Shown piece by piece: positions 48,214 through 61,230 of a stretch of DNA of 64,000 nt. A program made the position numbers and the translations under genes. The notes beneath the pieces are model-generated. The model was not told the origin of the DNA. It made no database searches and saw nothing but the letters and a program-made list of their open reading frames with translations. Origin of the DNA: Lama guanicoe. Taxonomy: Eukaryota. The stretch is taken from NCBI GenBank assembly GCA_013239625.1, contig MU053216.1, positions 1,056,001 through 1,120,000 on the forward strand, in the 5' to 3' direction. Every line of letters starts with the position of its first letter. Position 1 is the stretch's first letter.

Positions 48214-51200
48214 CTGCGGGACAGAGGCAGGTGTCAGGACAGTGCTGGCTATGCTCCTCGCCCAGCCTCCTCCCCATGGCATCCCCTCAGCAGCCCCAGA
48301 GGAGACCAGGTCCGAGCCCGCGGAGGAGGAGGAGGACGGAGAGTCAGCCTCCGTGAGCTGTCTACCTCTGCACTCGGCCTCTCCCACACCCAGGGCCGAG
48401 GGCAGGGCTCCTACAGAGGCCGCAGGGTCAGCCCTGAGGGTCCCGGCGGACCCCTTCCTGAGGGTCTGCCCCTGCTGCCGGGGCTGGGTGGACACCTACA
48501 GGAGATGAGCTGGTCCGGAGGGCCTCGGAGCACCGCCGGCCCCCTCCAGGGAACCACAACTCCGCACTCCACTAGGAGAAGCGTCCCACTCGGGGAAGAT
48601 GGGCAGGATCTCAACATGCCAGGTCCAGAGCCTCGAGGTCAGGGCCACAGGACAGCTCCGGAGGGTGAGAAGGCCACGCAAAGCAGTGGTTCTCTGCTTC
48701 TAAACCCCAGCCCGGCCCCCAGTTGTGACGAGGGGGCCCTCCACCCCCTTCATCTCCCAGGTGCCCCCGCTGCCCAAGGGGGAGCAGCCACCAACCTCAA
48801 AGGCCCAGCGAGGATTAATTACTGTTCTCCAAGAGCTTGCAGCCCACAAATGACAGGCTCCATGGGAGGACGGAGTGTCATTACGATTATTAGGGGCAAG
48901 GTGGCTTCGGATCACGGGAAGCAGCCTGGACGTGGGGCTCCTGCCCCAGGAGGGCAGCGCCAGCTCTGTGGGGCTGGTCTGCCTGCCGTCCTGTGGTCCT
49001 CGAGATGTGGCTGACAGTGCCCTGCCAGGCTTTGCTTGCTCCGTGTCCCGCCGAGTCTGCCTTCTGTCTGGCCTTGGCCGCAGCCATCAAATCTCACTCA
49101 CCATTCAAAGCCTGGCTCAAAACCTCTGCGCCTGAAAGGCAGTCTCTCCTACCTCTGAACACATGCTGTCCTGCTGTCTGAACCCCAGAGCACATCCTGC
49201 CTGGTGTCCCATCTCCCAGGCAGAGAGTTGCATGAGGGGCAAGCCATGGCTCTAGGGCATGGGTGTCCAGAGCAAGGACAGCCCCTCACTCTTATTAAAT
49301 GATGGCCCCTAGGGAAAGTCGGGCCGGGAGAGTGGTCCAACTCCAGCATTGGGGGAAGGGTCTGACCTGATCCCACCTGGCTCCCTGAGCCCCTCCCCAT
49401 CAGACGTGTCCCCTCAGGCTCCTAAGCCTTGGGGGTGGGGGCTGGAGTGCTTGAGCTGGGAGTAGAAGGCATAGCAGGGGGACAGCTTTGGATGGTGGCA
49501 GGACACCTTCTCCATCCAAAGCCAGATGACCTCCCCAACAGCTCATAGGAGGGGCCACTGCCCTGATTCCCCATGCCCCCTTCCCCATGGTGGAGGATAT
49601 CCTGGCCACTAGGTCTAACGGCTGTGGCGGAGACCACCTGCCCTGGGAGCCCAGAGGTGCTGGAATTGGTCCTGGCTCTGGGCCCGGGCTTCCTCTGCTA
49701 TAAAAAGAAGAGGTGGCTTCTCTGTACCCCACGGTTCTGTGGTTGTGTGACCACAGAGGCACGTGTCTGACAACGTCCAGAGAAGCCCAACCTCTCATCT
49801 CAAGAGACAGGGTTCAGCTTGCAAGGAAGAAGTCCGGGCATCAACGGCTACATCACCACCTCCTTTGCTGCCCACCTCGGCGTCCTCCCGGGTGTCCCCA
49901 CCCCAGGCAGCCCCAGGCCCAGGCCTGACCCCTCGGACTTACTCCCAGCCCCCTGCTGAGTGCGGGCAGCCTGTGCCTCTTCCTCCAGAAGCTGCCCCTC
50001 GAGAAGCGCTGCCTTTGTCGGGGGGCAGTCTGGAGGCAGGATCGTGGGCTCGGACGCCCAGAACTAGCTCTCACCAGGCACGGGGCCGCGGCCAGGACCC
50101 CAGGCGGCCGACAGCTCCCCTTCATCCAGGCCCCTTCTGCCATCCCTCCCAGGGCGGGGCAGGCCAGGGCTCACTTGGCTGGCTATTGCCCCACTGGGCA
50201 GGAATTTCTCACCCAAGGGCGAGCGTGGGTCAGCCAGCTGCTCTGGATGGAAAACCCGGGGTGGTGACAGACAAAGAGATCGAGGAGAGGCAGCCCCAGA
50301 GGCCCCGTGGAGTCCAGGCTCCCACGGGGCGCCGCCTCTTCCCAGGAGGGAGTCTGTCAGCAGTGATGTCACTCACTCGCACTCCCGGTCATCCGGTGAA
50401 GCATCCCCTCCACACCCTGCACCTGCCCGCCTCCCTCTCATTCTTCTCCGTATGACAGTGGGGTGTTCTCTGCCGTGGAGGCAGATGACCTCTGGAATAC
50501 CTTCTCACTCCTGAAGGTGCCCCCCACCGAGATCATCTGCATCTGGGGGTCAGACCACCTGACTCCCATCTTCAGCTGCCTGGCTTGGCCTCTTTGTGAG
50601 AATGAGACTGCCATCACACCGCCAGCGCTGCTTCTCTGGCAGGAGGCAGCTGCCCTTGGGCCAAGGTTTCAAGGGAGGGGAGTCCAGAGACGTCATACAC
50701 TTGAAGTCACACCTTGCGGTGTGCCAGATACCTCGAGGGGCGCAGGCAGGAGCTGGGCTGTTACTAAGAGTGTCGTTCCCATGGCAGAAGTGAGCTTACC
50801 CTCCCTGGACCCTGTGGGAGTGCTACCCTCTGAAAGTCAGGTCCAACAGCAGGAACATGCGGCTTCTCACTGAGAGGATGGGAAGGCTCTCCCCTGGCCC
50901 CAGGACCTCTCTGGACCTCACTCCTAGGAAGCCTTACCTGACGACTCTCACCTGGTCTCTGGGCCCCTGCCTGACTGTCTTCTCGGTGTAGGGAATGGTG
51001 AGGTTCGGTCCCCTTGCCCAGCCCTCATGCTGAGGGTGCTGGGGGCTCAGTGTCCCCATAATTGCAGCATGGGACCGCAGTCCTGGACTCCACCTAGCCA
51101 GGCCCCCTTCCCACCCAAAGAGGTCCTCGGTGGGTCTGCAAACGGGGAGAGAGAGAACCTAGAACACTTCCTTGGGGAGGATTCTTGGTCCAGGAGCAGA

Positions 51201-51886
51201 TGGGAGGGGATCCCAGCACCCAGCCCGCCCCGTCTCCCCACCTCCCGGGGAGCATTGCACCCTCCATCTCTCTGGAAGGGCCTGTGGGCCTTGAGCCAAG
51301 ACAGCGGTCTCTCCTTGAATCTGATGCGGCCCAATTGTGCGTCTGTCAGGAGGCGTCTGCCCACCCACAGAAGCCCAGGGTCAGGGAGCAAAAGTCTGCC
51401 TTCCCTGTGCACCAGCAACACTGGCCACTCTGCCGGCCCACGCGGCGAGCCTCCCTTCGGGTCAGTGATTCAGGGGGAAAAGCCACCTCAGAGCTGGTCA
51501 GGGTCCCGGGTGCCGCCTCCCTTGGGTCCCGCATGGTTGCCTGACTCTGTCCTGTGTCACGAGGGCAGCCCACGCCCCCTCACCTACGGGGGTCTGAACA
51601 CAGAGGCACCTCCTGTGTCAGGACACGTAGGAGTCCTTCCCGCCGGGACGGGCGGACCTTCGCGGGATGACTCACCCTCCTCCACCTCCGAGCTCTCACA
51701 TCGGTCACGCCCGCCACACCTGAAGCATTCCTGCTCTCCTCCTCAGCCAAGCCCTCCCCCTGTATCCAAAACCCTGCACAAAACCAGCTCCTGCTGGAGA
51801 TGAGCCACCCGCTCCGGGCCCCCAGGCCCCCCGCGGAGCGCCGTCAGCACTCTGCCCAAGTATGATCTCACTGTGTGCCACACGCT

Positions 51887-51890
<4 letters not shown>

Positions 51891-51924
<34 letters not shown>
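51891..51924. repeat. (GT)17 microsatellite in PKP1 intron 1
   Basis: Perfect GT run. Confidence 0.97.
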
Positions 51925-51926
<2 letters not shown>

Positions 51927-52884
51927 GGGAGTGTGTGTTCCCCACCCTCTCGGGACGTCCGCCTGCCCGACCGACGGGCTGCCCCTGGGGCAGAGGTCAC
52001 CCGAAACACCTCTCCTCCACCCCAGCCTCCCCCATACCCCTGTCCCTGGCTGGTCAGGAGGTCCTGTCACAGACTGAGCTCTAGAGGTGTGTCTGGTAAT
52101 CTGTCTCCCACGAGGCCCATGTCTTCCAGCTGCTTCTGCACGGACAGCTGCTCCCCAGCACCAAGCGCTGGAGAAGGAGGCCCTCCGCCCAGCATCTTTC
52201 AGCCCGGAAGACGCCTTGGCTTCACCGCCCGCAGTCCCTCCCACACAGGATGCCCAGCAGGACGAGGCCCACAGCAGGAGGAATTTAAGTGAGACCCTCA
52301 GAAGAACTGTCGGAAGACACTTGTGAGACAAGCTCCCCCATGATGTTCGAAAGCGGGCAGGAGCTGTGCCTGTGGGACGGTCCAGGCACCCAGACGTCTC
52401 CTGGGGCCTCTGCCTGGCCTGCGGGGAGCTCTGTGGACACGCCACCCTGTCCTGGATGGGAGCTCAGCTCAACCCCACCAGGCGCTCTGGGGCAGGTCGT
52501 GCCCTTTCCCGGGCACGTGTATGGAACAGAGGCACGAAGCAAACTGGACTGCTATGGCCCTGTCCTCTCCTGTCCCTCCCGTGGGCCCTGCTGGGGCATG
52601 TTCAAACCCAGCTCTGCCGGAATCCTGCCTCTCTTTCTGACAACCTGTGTGTGGCCATCCCTAAACCTGAGGGCAGGAGCATCCTGGGGGCAGGCCAAGA
52701 AGCGGGGGCAGGCCCAGCACAGGGCTCAGCCCCTCAAAGGGGCCCAGGGTAGAAAGTCACCAGCAGCTACCACACTAGGTGTCCGTCCGTGTGTGGGGCA
52801 CGCAGAGAGGCTGCGTGTGAGGGGTGAGCCCCACTCTGGGTCTCTGCGTGAGTGGGGATGGCACGAAAGCCGTCTTTCTTGGAC

Positions 52885-53040
52885 TTCGCTGCACTTCAGA
52901 ACTGCATGGGAGCTTTTAGAGGTCCACATGCCCCTGCTGTCCCCACAGGAACTAAATCCGAATCTCGGGGGACAGGACCCGGGCACTGGCATCCTTTTAA
53001 ATTGCCAGATGGTCCCACTGTGTAGTCCGTTTGGAACGGT
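52885..53040. mobile_element. MER5-like hAT DNA transposon remnant
   Basis: ctgcacttcagaactgcatgggagctttta...aaatccgaatctcggggg...ggcatccttttaaa pattern; family call from memory. Confidence 0.5.
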
Positions 53041-56000
53041 GCATCAGGCGATGTTTGAAGGGGAGGTGTGGGTGCCGACTGGAGAGAGGCTGTGGGCATG
53101 GTGCTCCTGGAGGGAAGGAGCCTTTTGCAGGACAGCTGCAGGCAGCTGGGGGCACGGTCTGCAGAGGCAGTGAGTTACACGATCCATTTCCAACGAAATA
53201 TTTGAAGATATTGGGAGAGACCCAGGGAGAGGTGGTGACTTGCCCAAGGCCACACAGCAGTTGGCAATAGAGCCAGATGGAACTGAAGTCTCCCACCACC
53301 AGCTGGACTCCTGCCGCAGCACGGGCTGTGAGGTGGGGTGCGCGCGCGTGTGTGTGAGTCCACGCGTGCACACGTGTGCCTGCAAAGATCGTCACGCGGG
53401 CCGTCTCCCAGGAGAACATTCTTCCGTCTTGCTCCAGTGCCACTTGCCTCCTAGGGGCCTCACCCTCAGCCGAAGTGCTTCCCAGGTCGTCAAACTCAGA
53501 ACAACTGGCTTATTGATATTTACCACTTGGCGTGTGGGAAGAGGGGTTTCTTTTGTTTTGCCTTGTTTGTTTGTTTTTTAATCTCTGCCAACCAGTTTAG
53601 CAAAGGACCAGGACCCAGGGGAGCAGCATTTGCTCTGGAACCCCTGGACACTCGGCATTTTTGCATGCGTTTAACAGGCCAACGGAAATTCTGGCTAAAA
53701 CCTCAGCTCCAAGCCAAGAGACGTTGTAACGAAACACAAATTGGTTTACTTGAAGTTTAATTAATATGTTTCGCTGCCGGGACAGGCTACTGCACAGACA
53801 GCTTTTACCACTTCCCATCTCAGCTTGGGTCCTGGGGAGATAGCCCTAGAAGTGATGTCTGTTCACAGTCTGTGGTCAGGATAGGACACCTTCCAAGAGA
53901 GTAGAAAGAACAGAACCTCCCTCAGGCAGACTCTCACGCTGAGACACAGCCCAATACAAATCCAGAAAGCGGGCAAGGGGGGCCCTAAGGCGGCGACCTC
54001 CCCTGGGGATGGGGTACCTCGGAAGGGCACAAGCCTGCCCCCAGGAGGGCCTCAGGCAGCGCTGCGGAGTGAGGGAACGGATGAGGGACACGGCGGGGGA
54101 GGGACGCCTGCCCAGTGCACCCCACCCCTTCTCTGAGGGTCCTAGATGGGAAACGGTGCTCTGAGAAGGGTGGAGTCGGCCCCTTGGGCCCCGGGCTGTA
54201 GCCGCCTCACCCGCAGTGAGGGTGAGAGTGGGCGAGTGGCGCTGCCTGGGTTAGGAATTCCCTGGAGTGAGGAGCGATGTGCGGAAGGAAGGTGGTTCCA
54301 TCAATTTCGTGTGTGCGCGCGCGCACCTGTGGTGGTGACAGTGGGTTTGGGGGTTTGGATTTGGACCAGAGGAGACCTGGTTAAACTTTAGCAAGAGCTC
54401 CCAAGAGAAATGATAAGAATCTGAGCGGGAAGAGCGTCTCCTCTCGGACAGACTACAGCACGCCAGCCCTCCCCCCACCCTGGCAGCCCAGGTCCACCCT
54501 GCACAGACTCCCCAGGCTTGGGGAGGGCAAGTTCCTAAGCCTCGATCTTTGGCTGCGCAGCCATGTCCCCTGGGCTCTCCCTGCTTCCCACACAGTCAGA
54601 CACCCGCTGCCCACGGGGACACCGGGGGAGGGCAGGGAGCCATGCTCTGGGGCCAGGCCAGGAAGAGACCCTGCGGGCTGGCAGGTCCTGAGCAGCCCTG
54701 TCCTGCAAGGTCTCCAGGTCCCAGAGACCCCCCCTCCCTCCCCGGGGCCTTCTCAAGGCCCTCTCCCCGACAGCAGGGAAGACAGCCCTAGGGGACGGCT
54801 CTGAGGAAAAGATGCTTCTCTTACTGGGAACTTGGGGGCCGATTCCTGACTGTCCTCCACAGGGTGCAGAGAGAGAGGCGGGCAAATGGGGCGCACCTGG
54901 CCTGCTTTAGGGCAGGCGTTCTCAACCAAGGGGCCGTGGATGGGGTTCAGGGGAGAATCAAAAACCTCAGAGAAACCCACTCTTCTCTCTCAGGAGACTG
55001 AAGGAGAATAGGAGCCTGTCCAGGTGGGTGTGGGGACCCACCTGGGATGTGGCCATTCCACAGCCCCAACTCACCCCTCCCGGGAACCAGAGCAGACTCG
55101 TGGAATGAAACCACCGAGACAGAGGGACTGAAGCGAGGAGAGGTGGTCCCAGAGCAAACAGGGGACACCTGGGCGGCGCCAGCGGAGGGGAGGGGAGACT
55201 GATGGAGACAGAGCCAGATAAACCAGAAACACAGGCTCCAGGTGGCCTCACCGCCTCTCCCAGCTATGATGCCGCTGGGGAAACAGGCCAGAGCCAAAGG
55301 TATTGGGGACACGCCTTCAGGGTCAGCCCTTGGAGAGCTGTGCACTGGCCATCGGAGTCCACCCTCACCTGCTTAACCCTGGAGGGCCTTAGGGTGGAGG
55401 AGTGGAGAGGAAGGAGGTGGACCTTACCCACAGAGAGCAAGGCGGGGAGGAGAGCACCCTCAGCCAGCGCTCAACAAGTGCCCCGCGGGGGGTTAGAAGG
55501 GGATGGTGTGCGACTATTCTGGTGCTGTGAGCCCTGGGCTCAGGCCAGGGACGGACCAGGAGTGGGACTGGGGACAGGTGAGCCTTGCGCAACGGAGGGA
55601 GGAGGTTGGCCTGAGCTGTGACTGGGTGGTGGCCAGACATGGGGGAACCTTGTTCTCCCAAAGCCACTTCCAAAAAAGGCTCGGAGCCGCTACCAAGGCA
55701 CCAGAGGGAAAGAGGCGAGCGCTCTAGGGGCTGTGACCTTGAGTGCAAGTCTGGTGGGAGAGGGGCCAGGGGCAAAGGACGCGTGGGTCTCTAGGCTTGG
55801 GGTGCAGGGGAGTCCTCAGCCAGCCATCCCCTCTCCCTCAGCTCTACGCAGGGGCCACTCAGGGGAGAGGAAGACAGGGGAGGGCACAGAGATAGAAATC
55901 TTGAGCTGGTGTGTGCGCGTGTGTGTGCACATGCATGTGGGAGACTGGGTGGGGGTCTGTCTCCTTGGCCCCCCTTTACCACCCCCATTCTCCTCGCTCT

Positions 56001-57034
56001 CTCTTGAGCTCCTGACTCGAGAAATAAATCTCAGTTGACCTGCACTGGTCTGCAGTCTGCAGAGTGTCTTTAGCGTTTTACTAAACTTCGCTAAATAAAT
56101 AAACAGAAGGTTCGCTGATCTGTGTGTAATTCTTACTGGGAAAGCGTCACATTAAAGTATTTGGATCAAAGATCCTCCACAAATGCCCCTGTGAGGTGTC
56201 ACACCTTCCTGCTTGAGTTTCAGGAGTCCTACCCCTTTCTCAGCCTCCCCTGGTAGGGGAGACCTTATCATGACCTGAGGGGGCTGGCCAGGCCGCACCT
56301 AGATAGACAAGTGCCCGCCTGGAGGGCCCAGTGGGGTGGGGGACGATGGGTTCCCAGCCTTGCCGACCACATTTCCTACTCTCAGCCTAAGACCCTTGTT
56401 TCTACTCAAGCTGAGTGGCGTTGACGGAATCGGGGGGAACAGAGGTTTCTCACTAGCCACGGGGAAAGAGCGCACCCCGGACCCCTTCCTGTCCTCAGCC
56501 CTCCGAGTCCGCACTGGCCTGGGGCGACCCGGCCAGGTGTGGGGCTTCTGCTAACGTGCTGCGCAGTTAAGAGGGCTTGTCGGCCCCCTGCGCCCCCTCC
56601 CCCGCCGCAGCGCCCTTCCGGGGCCCCCACTCAGGTCTCTGTGACTCCCCTGCCTGCCCGGCAGCCACGCACGGGCCCACCCGGACTGGGATTCCGCGGC
56701 TGAGTCCGGCCAAGACAGGGCGCAGGGTGAGGGAGGCGCACAATCCCAGGGGCAGCCAGCAGGCCAGGACGCGGGGGCTGCTCCCCGAGCAGGATGGGGA
56801 AGAGAAGGCTCTGATTATGTACCCCCGAACCCCCTCCGTGAGCCTGCCCTCGCGCCCACCAGCGCGCCGCTGAGCGGTCGGGGCTGCGGCTCCACCGTAG
56901 GGCCCGCGGGAGCGCTGCCGGGGGCCTTCGCGGGGACCCCGCCACGGGCGCCCTCGGATGCGCGCGCCCCCCGCCCCGCCCCCCGCGCGGCGCGCCGGGG
57001 AGGGGCGCGTGGCCCCGCGGCATCCGGCCTTTAC

Positions 57035-57236
57035 CTCGATTGGAGTGGCTCAGCGTGGACGCCTGCGAGGACTTGGACTTCTGCCGCTTGACCGTCATCA
57101 TCACCTGCTCCTGCACGCGCTGCCGGCCAGACGTGCCCGTCTTCATCTTCTGGTCCGTCGGCAGAGCCAGCGTCGAGTTGTCCTGGTCCTGGAAGCATTC
57201 GTACGCCAAGGCGGTCTTGAGCGGCGAGTGGTTCAT
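57035..57236 (-). CDS. PKP1: PKP1 exon 1 coding part (202 nt), head domain N-terminus
   Basis: gccgccATG Kozak context at 57236; MNHSPLKTALAYECFQDQDNSTLALPTDQKMKTGTSGRQRVQEQVMMTVKRQKSKSSQASTLSHSNR; donor G|GTAAAG. Confidence 0.97.
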
Positions 57237-57341
57237 GGCGGCGCGGGGCGTGGGGCGCGGGCCTGGAGAGCCGAGCGGGCCGGCGCGAGGTGCGGGGCGT
57301 CCGAGGTGCGGGGCGGCGGGGGCAGCGGGCTCTTCTCGCGC

Positions 57342-57362
57342 TCAGCGGCTCCCTGTGCCCAT
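57342..57362 (-). promoter_or_regulatory. Upstream ORF (MGTGSR*) in the PKP1 5'UTR
   Basis: ATG GGC ACA GGG AGC CGC TGA; stop lies 105 nt before the main ATG. Confidence 0.6.
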
Positions 57363-57387
57363 AGAGTGAAGGTCCGCGCGCGCGAGG

Positions 57388-57630
57388 GCTCCCGGCTGCT
57401 GCTCGCGGCGCCTCCACCCTGCCCGGCCCGGTCCCGCACTGGCGGGCCCGCCCTCCGCCAGCCGGGATATACCGCCCCGCCCCGCGCCGCCCCCTCCGCG
57501 CCGCCCGAAGCTCCCTGCTGCTGCTCGCGGCGCCTCCACCCTGCCCGGCCCGGTCCCGCACTGGCGGGCCCGCCCTCCGCCAGCCGGGATATACCGCCCC
57601 GCCCCGCGCCGCCCCCTCCGCGCCGCCCGA
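57388..57630. repeat. 122-bp tandem duplication (2 copies) in the PKP1 core promoter/5'UTR
   Basis: 57395-57508 is identical to 57517-57630; the match extends left to 57388/57510 with one mismatch. Confidence 0.93.
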
Positions 57631-60600
57631 CCCGAGCCCGGGGCGCTCGCGGGGGCAGGGCCTCGAGTCCGTGTGTGGACCACTTCCTGCCCTCTCTTCC
57701 TGCCTCCCCGGCCCCGCGCCCTGCCACCTGCGGGAGGGGAGGCTGCCGGGGAGCCGCCCTCCGGCCGGTCTCGCGGGCTCGTGGGCAGAGCGCGCGCCCA
57801 GCTTGGGGCTGAGGGGAGACGCTCTCTAGGCAAAAGGAGTCTTTCTCGACTGGGCCCCCGGCACAGCCAGATGCCCTTCTCCCTCTGTCCTGGGGTCGCG
57901 GCAGAGACCAGCCCTGTGGGTGGGGGCTTCCAGGCTGATTGCAGGAGCACAGCCCCTGCCCGAAGGGGTGCTCCCCTCTGAGGCGGCTTCCAGCCTGCAG
58001 GCAGGGGGTGGGGACGTGAAGTCCACAGCGGGACAGACTTGAGATGCAAAACTACAGGGCAGAACCCGCCGCACCGGCAAGCCGCGGGAGACGCTGGGAG
58101 GACAGTGCCAGCCTCTGGAGCCTCAGACTGCGCCCCGAGGACGGGTGCCTGGCCCACCTTGGGGGCGCATTAAAAAGTACTTTTGAATGGATGAATACAT
58201 GAAGACTAGCTAACCTGAGGTAAATTAAGTCTAACTCGAATTCTACCCAGATCCTTGCTGAAAATCCGGAAGGTTGCCTACCCCTTCAAACGACCCCTTT
58301 GTGGACTCACTATCCAGGCCGCCGTGGGCAGCTCCGTGCCTCTCCCGTGCTTCCGGGGACGTGTGTAGTGATGCTTCACTCTGCTAACATCGTCCTCAGG
58401 CCTGGAGGTGGCCCGCACGGAAATTTGGTGTGTCGCAGGACTGAGTGTTTCAAACCTACACTGATGGAAATCCTACTGAAGGCAGCACACCCCGCCTTTC
58501 CCCCTCAAGCGAAAACCCTGAGCACATTTGATGCCCTCCTTGATGACTCAGGACTCTCCTTCGGGACGCCCGCGGCTGACCCGTGCGGCCCGCAGTCCGG
58601 CCAGCCTCTCTGTGTTTGGGGCTCCTCCAGCCGTCACCTCTGCTCTCGGGTGCAGTCTGCACTCGCAGCTCGCAGCCTTCTCTTTCAGCTGGGCTTCTGC
58701 TCTGCAGAGGAAGGGGCCATCAGAATCCGTGCCTGTCGGGAGTCCTGTGAGGACGCATGGGGGAGCCTGGGTGACGGTCTCAGGGACCATGTGAAGGTCA
58801 CTGTCTCACTTCCCATGAAGTGGGTGTTACATGCCGGATCCCTGGTTGCTGTCCATAATGTGTTCCTGGGAGCCACATGCAGAGCGGAATGCCATAAAGC
58901 ATGCCATGGTTTCAATAGAAATAGTTTTATAATTGAGGGCTGTGTCCCGAGGAACTTAGCGTCAAATAAACCAGAGACGTGACCAACGGCTTGTCACAGA
59001 CACAGAAGTTCAGCACCTGTAGACCTCATCCATCACTTCAAGTGTAAGATTTTGTTTCCATCGCGTTTTTCTGATGCAGAGAGGAGGTAGCTTGCCCGTG
59101 GTCACCAGTGAATATGAGGCGAAGCCTCCATCCCAGTCAGGCTGGTCACTGCCAGACCAGGGCTCTTCCCTCCACACTCTCCGGCCTCCCTTATAAAAGT
59201 CCTATAAAATGGGCCTCAAAGTGCAGTGCACACCGATTATAGAAGGGCCCCAACATACTATAAAGGATACATGACAGCACATAAAAGTACAAGTTCATTG
59301 TATCACACACTTGGCCCATCTAACACTTACTGCTCTGGCTATAACACCTGTTAATTACATCTTTAAATAGTGCTATTTTGCCACCTTCAGGATGCAGAGG
59401 GCCTGAAGGAGGGGATGGGAGCCGCCCAGATTGCTGTAAAGGGCCATGCTCAGCCCCTGGAGGCTGGAACTGCTTGTCTTTGACGTTGTTTCCAGGTGTG
59501 ACGTTTTTCTAGCAGCTTCCCAGTTACTCTGGTGTTAACGTTGCTTTGCTATACTGACGGCCGCAGCAAGCACCTGCTGTGCTCCTGCGCATCGGGCGCG
59601 GTCTGGGCCCTTTGCGGGGACCGTCTCATCTGAGTTCCTACGGTCATCCTGTGAGGTGGGTACCAGCACCATCATCTTTCTTTCTCGGATGAGAAAATGG
59701 TTTCAGCAAGGTCACCAAGCTGGGAAGTGGCAGAGACGGGGCCGTCCCCGGGCAGCCTGGAGCCTGCTCCTGGGCACTTGGTGGCAGTGCCAGGCTGCCT
59801 CCTCGTGACTTCTTTGTGACGAGCAGTGCCTAAAAGCCTCCCTTGGACCACTCTTTCAACGGCATCCGTTTCTACCACATGGCACGGAGGCCAGGCCACC
59901 TGGATTCTGGTTCCAGCTGTGTCACTCATTTGCTTCATGGTGCTGGACATGTCCCCTCCTCTGCCCTCCTCACCAAACCTGTGTGATGAGGAGGAGGGTT
60001 TGCTAGCTCTGCAAACTCACTCTCGCCCTAATGCTCTGTGACTCTGCGTCGGCGTTGGGGGTTTAGAGCAGGAGAATCTTACATCAGGTCCCCTGGACAA
60101 TAGTTAGGGCTAGGCCATGGCTGTCCCATCAACTCTCTCTTCCGCCTGCCCGAGCCCTGCCCCTGTCAGGGTCCTGCCTCTGAAACAGGTCAGAGAAGAC
60201 GGTAGCAGTCCCAAAGTGAGAGACAGAGGTCGCCGGAAGGGCATGCTCCCAGGTGACTTTCAGAGCAGACTTTTAGATGATGAGGATGTCCTGAGGGGTG
60301 TGGGTGGATTTGAGTTTAGGGGATATGAGGTGGTCCAGGGAAAGCGTCTTGTAAGAAGTTAATTTTGACTTGACTCTGAAACCAGATGCGTCAACGCTCG
60401 CCCCCGTCGGTGGCAGGACGAGCCAGCGGGAACAGGCGTCGCATCCTCCTCGCCGCCGGCCCTTCGGCGCTGCCCGGGACCCCGGGTCCACTCCCAATGC
60501 TCCAGCTTGCAGCGCTCGTGACCTCCACGTTCACTAAGAACTGGAATACAGGTTCATTTGTGGAGCTTCCCCTGGGTAGCAGGTGCTGTCCCAGGACGTG

Positions 60601-61076
60601 ACAGTGAGAGGGACAGGGTTCTTGCTTTTTACCAAGCTCACCTCCCAGAGGTGGGGGTGGCTGGAGGGGGTGGCCAGGCCGGGTAGGCGCACCAGCCCGG
60701 TGGAGGCTGAGACCAGGCTCTGGGGCTCCTACTGCTTCTGAGGGTGATGGGGCTGAAGCTACTCCTTGCTCAGCTTCCAGCCTCCTTCAGGTGAAGGGAC
60801 CACCTCCCCTGAACCCAAATAGAGCTGATGCAGCCCGGTCCTTCCTCACCTGACCCCCGTCCCAGGCACCTTTGGGCTTCCTGCCCCTGCTGCCTGGCCT
60901 TTTCTAGCTTCATTCCTGGTGGGTCAGTGGGATCCTCAGTGGCTGCCTGATGCAGGAGATGTAGAGCCTTCCCTGATGGACCACACTGCCCCTCCCCAGC
61001 CTCTCGGGAGCCTGCCTTCTCATCTTGTCCCTACCAGCCTTCTGCCCACTTGCCCATGCTGCTGCCTCCCTGGTGC

Positions 61077-61230
61077 CTCTGCACACATGCTGTTCCTTCT
61101 GCGCACAGGCTGTTCCCTTCTACACATATGCTGTTCCCTCTGCACACACGCTGTTCCCTTCTGCACACACGCTGTTCCCTCTGTGCACACGCTGTTCCCT
61201 TCTGCACACATGCTGTTCCCTCTGTGCACG
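61077..61230. repeat. Minisatellite, ~7.5 units alternating 20 and 21 bp
   Basis: GCTGTTCC starts at 61089, 61109, 61130, 61150, 61171, 61191 and 61212. Confidence 0.92.

Larger units (their letters stand above)
16390..57630 (-). other. PKP1: Plakophilin-1 gene locus (armadillo-repeat desmosomal plaque protein, p120-catenin family); spliced CDS 2184 nt = 727 aa (PKP1a-type)
   Basis: 13 coding exons with GT-AG boundaries and consistent phases join into one ORF from MNHSPLKTALAYECFQDQDNSTLALP to RNFTSRF*, recognisable as PKP1. Transcript ends are approximate. Confidence 0.98.
56550..57820 (-). promoter_or_regulatory. PKP1: PKP1 promoter/exon 1 CpG island with GC boxes and TATA-like GGTATATC (two copies)
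   Basis: Dense CpG; multiple GGGGCGGGG; TATAT on the minus strand at 57467-57471 and 57589-57593, upstream of the ATG. Confidence 0.85.

Noticed and set aside
61077..61230. CRISPR-like regularly spaced repeat
   Set aside because: Mammalian DNA; the intervening sequences are themselves repeat variants rather than unique spacers, and there are no cas genes.
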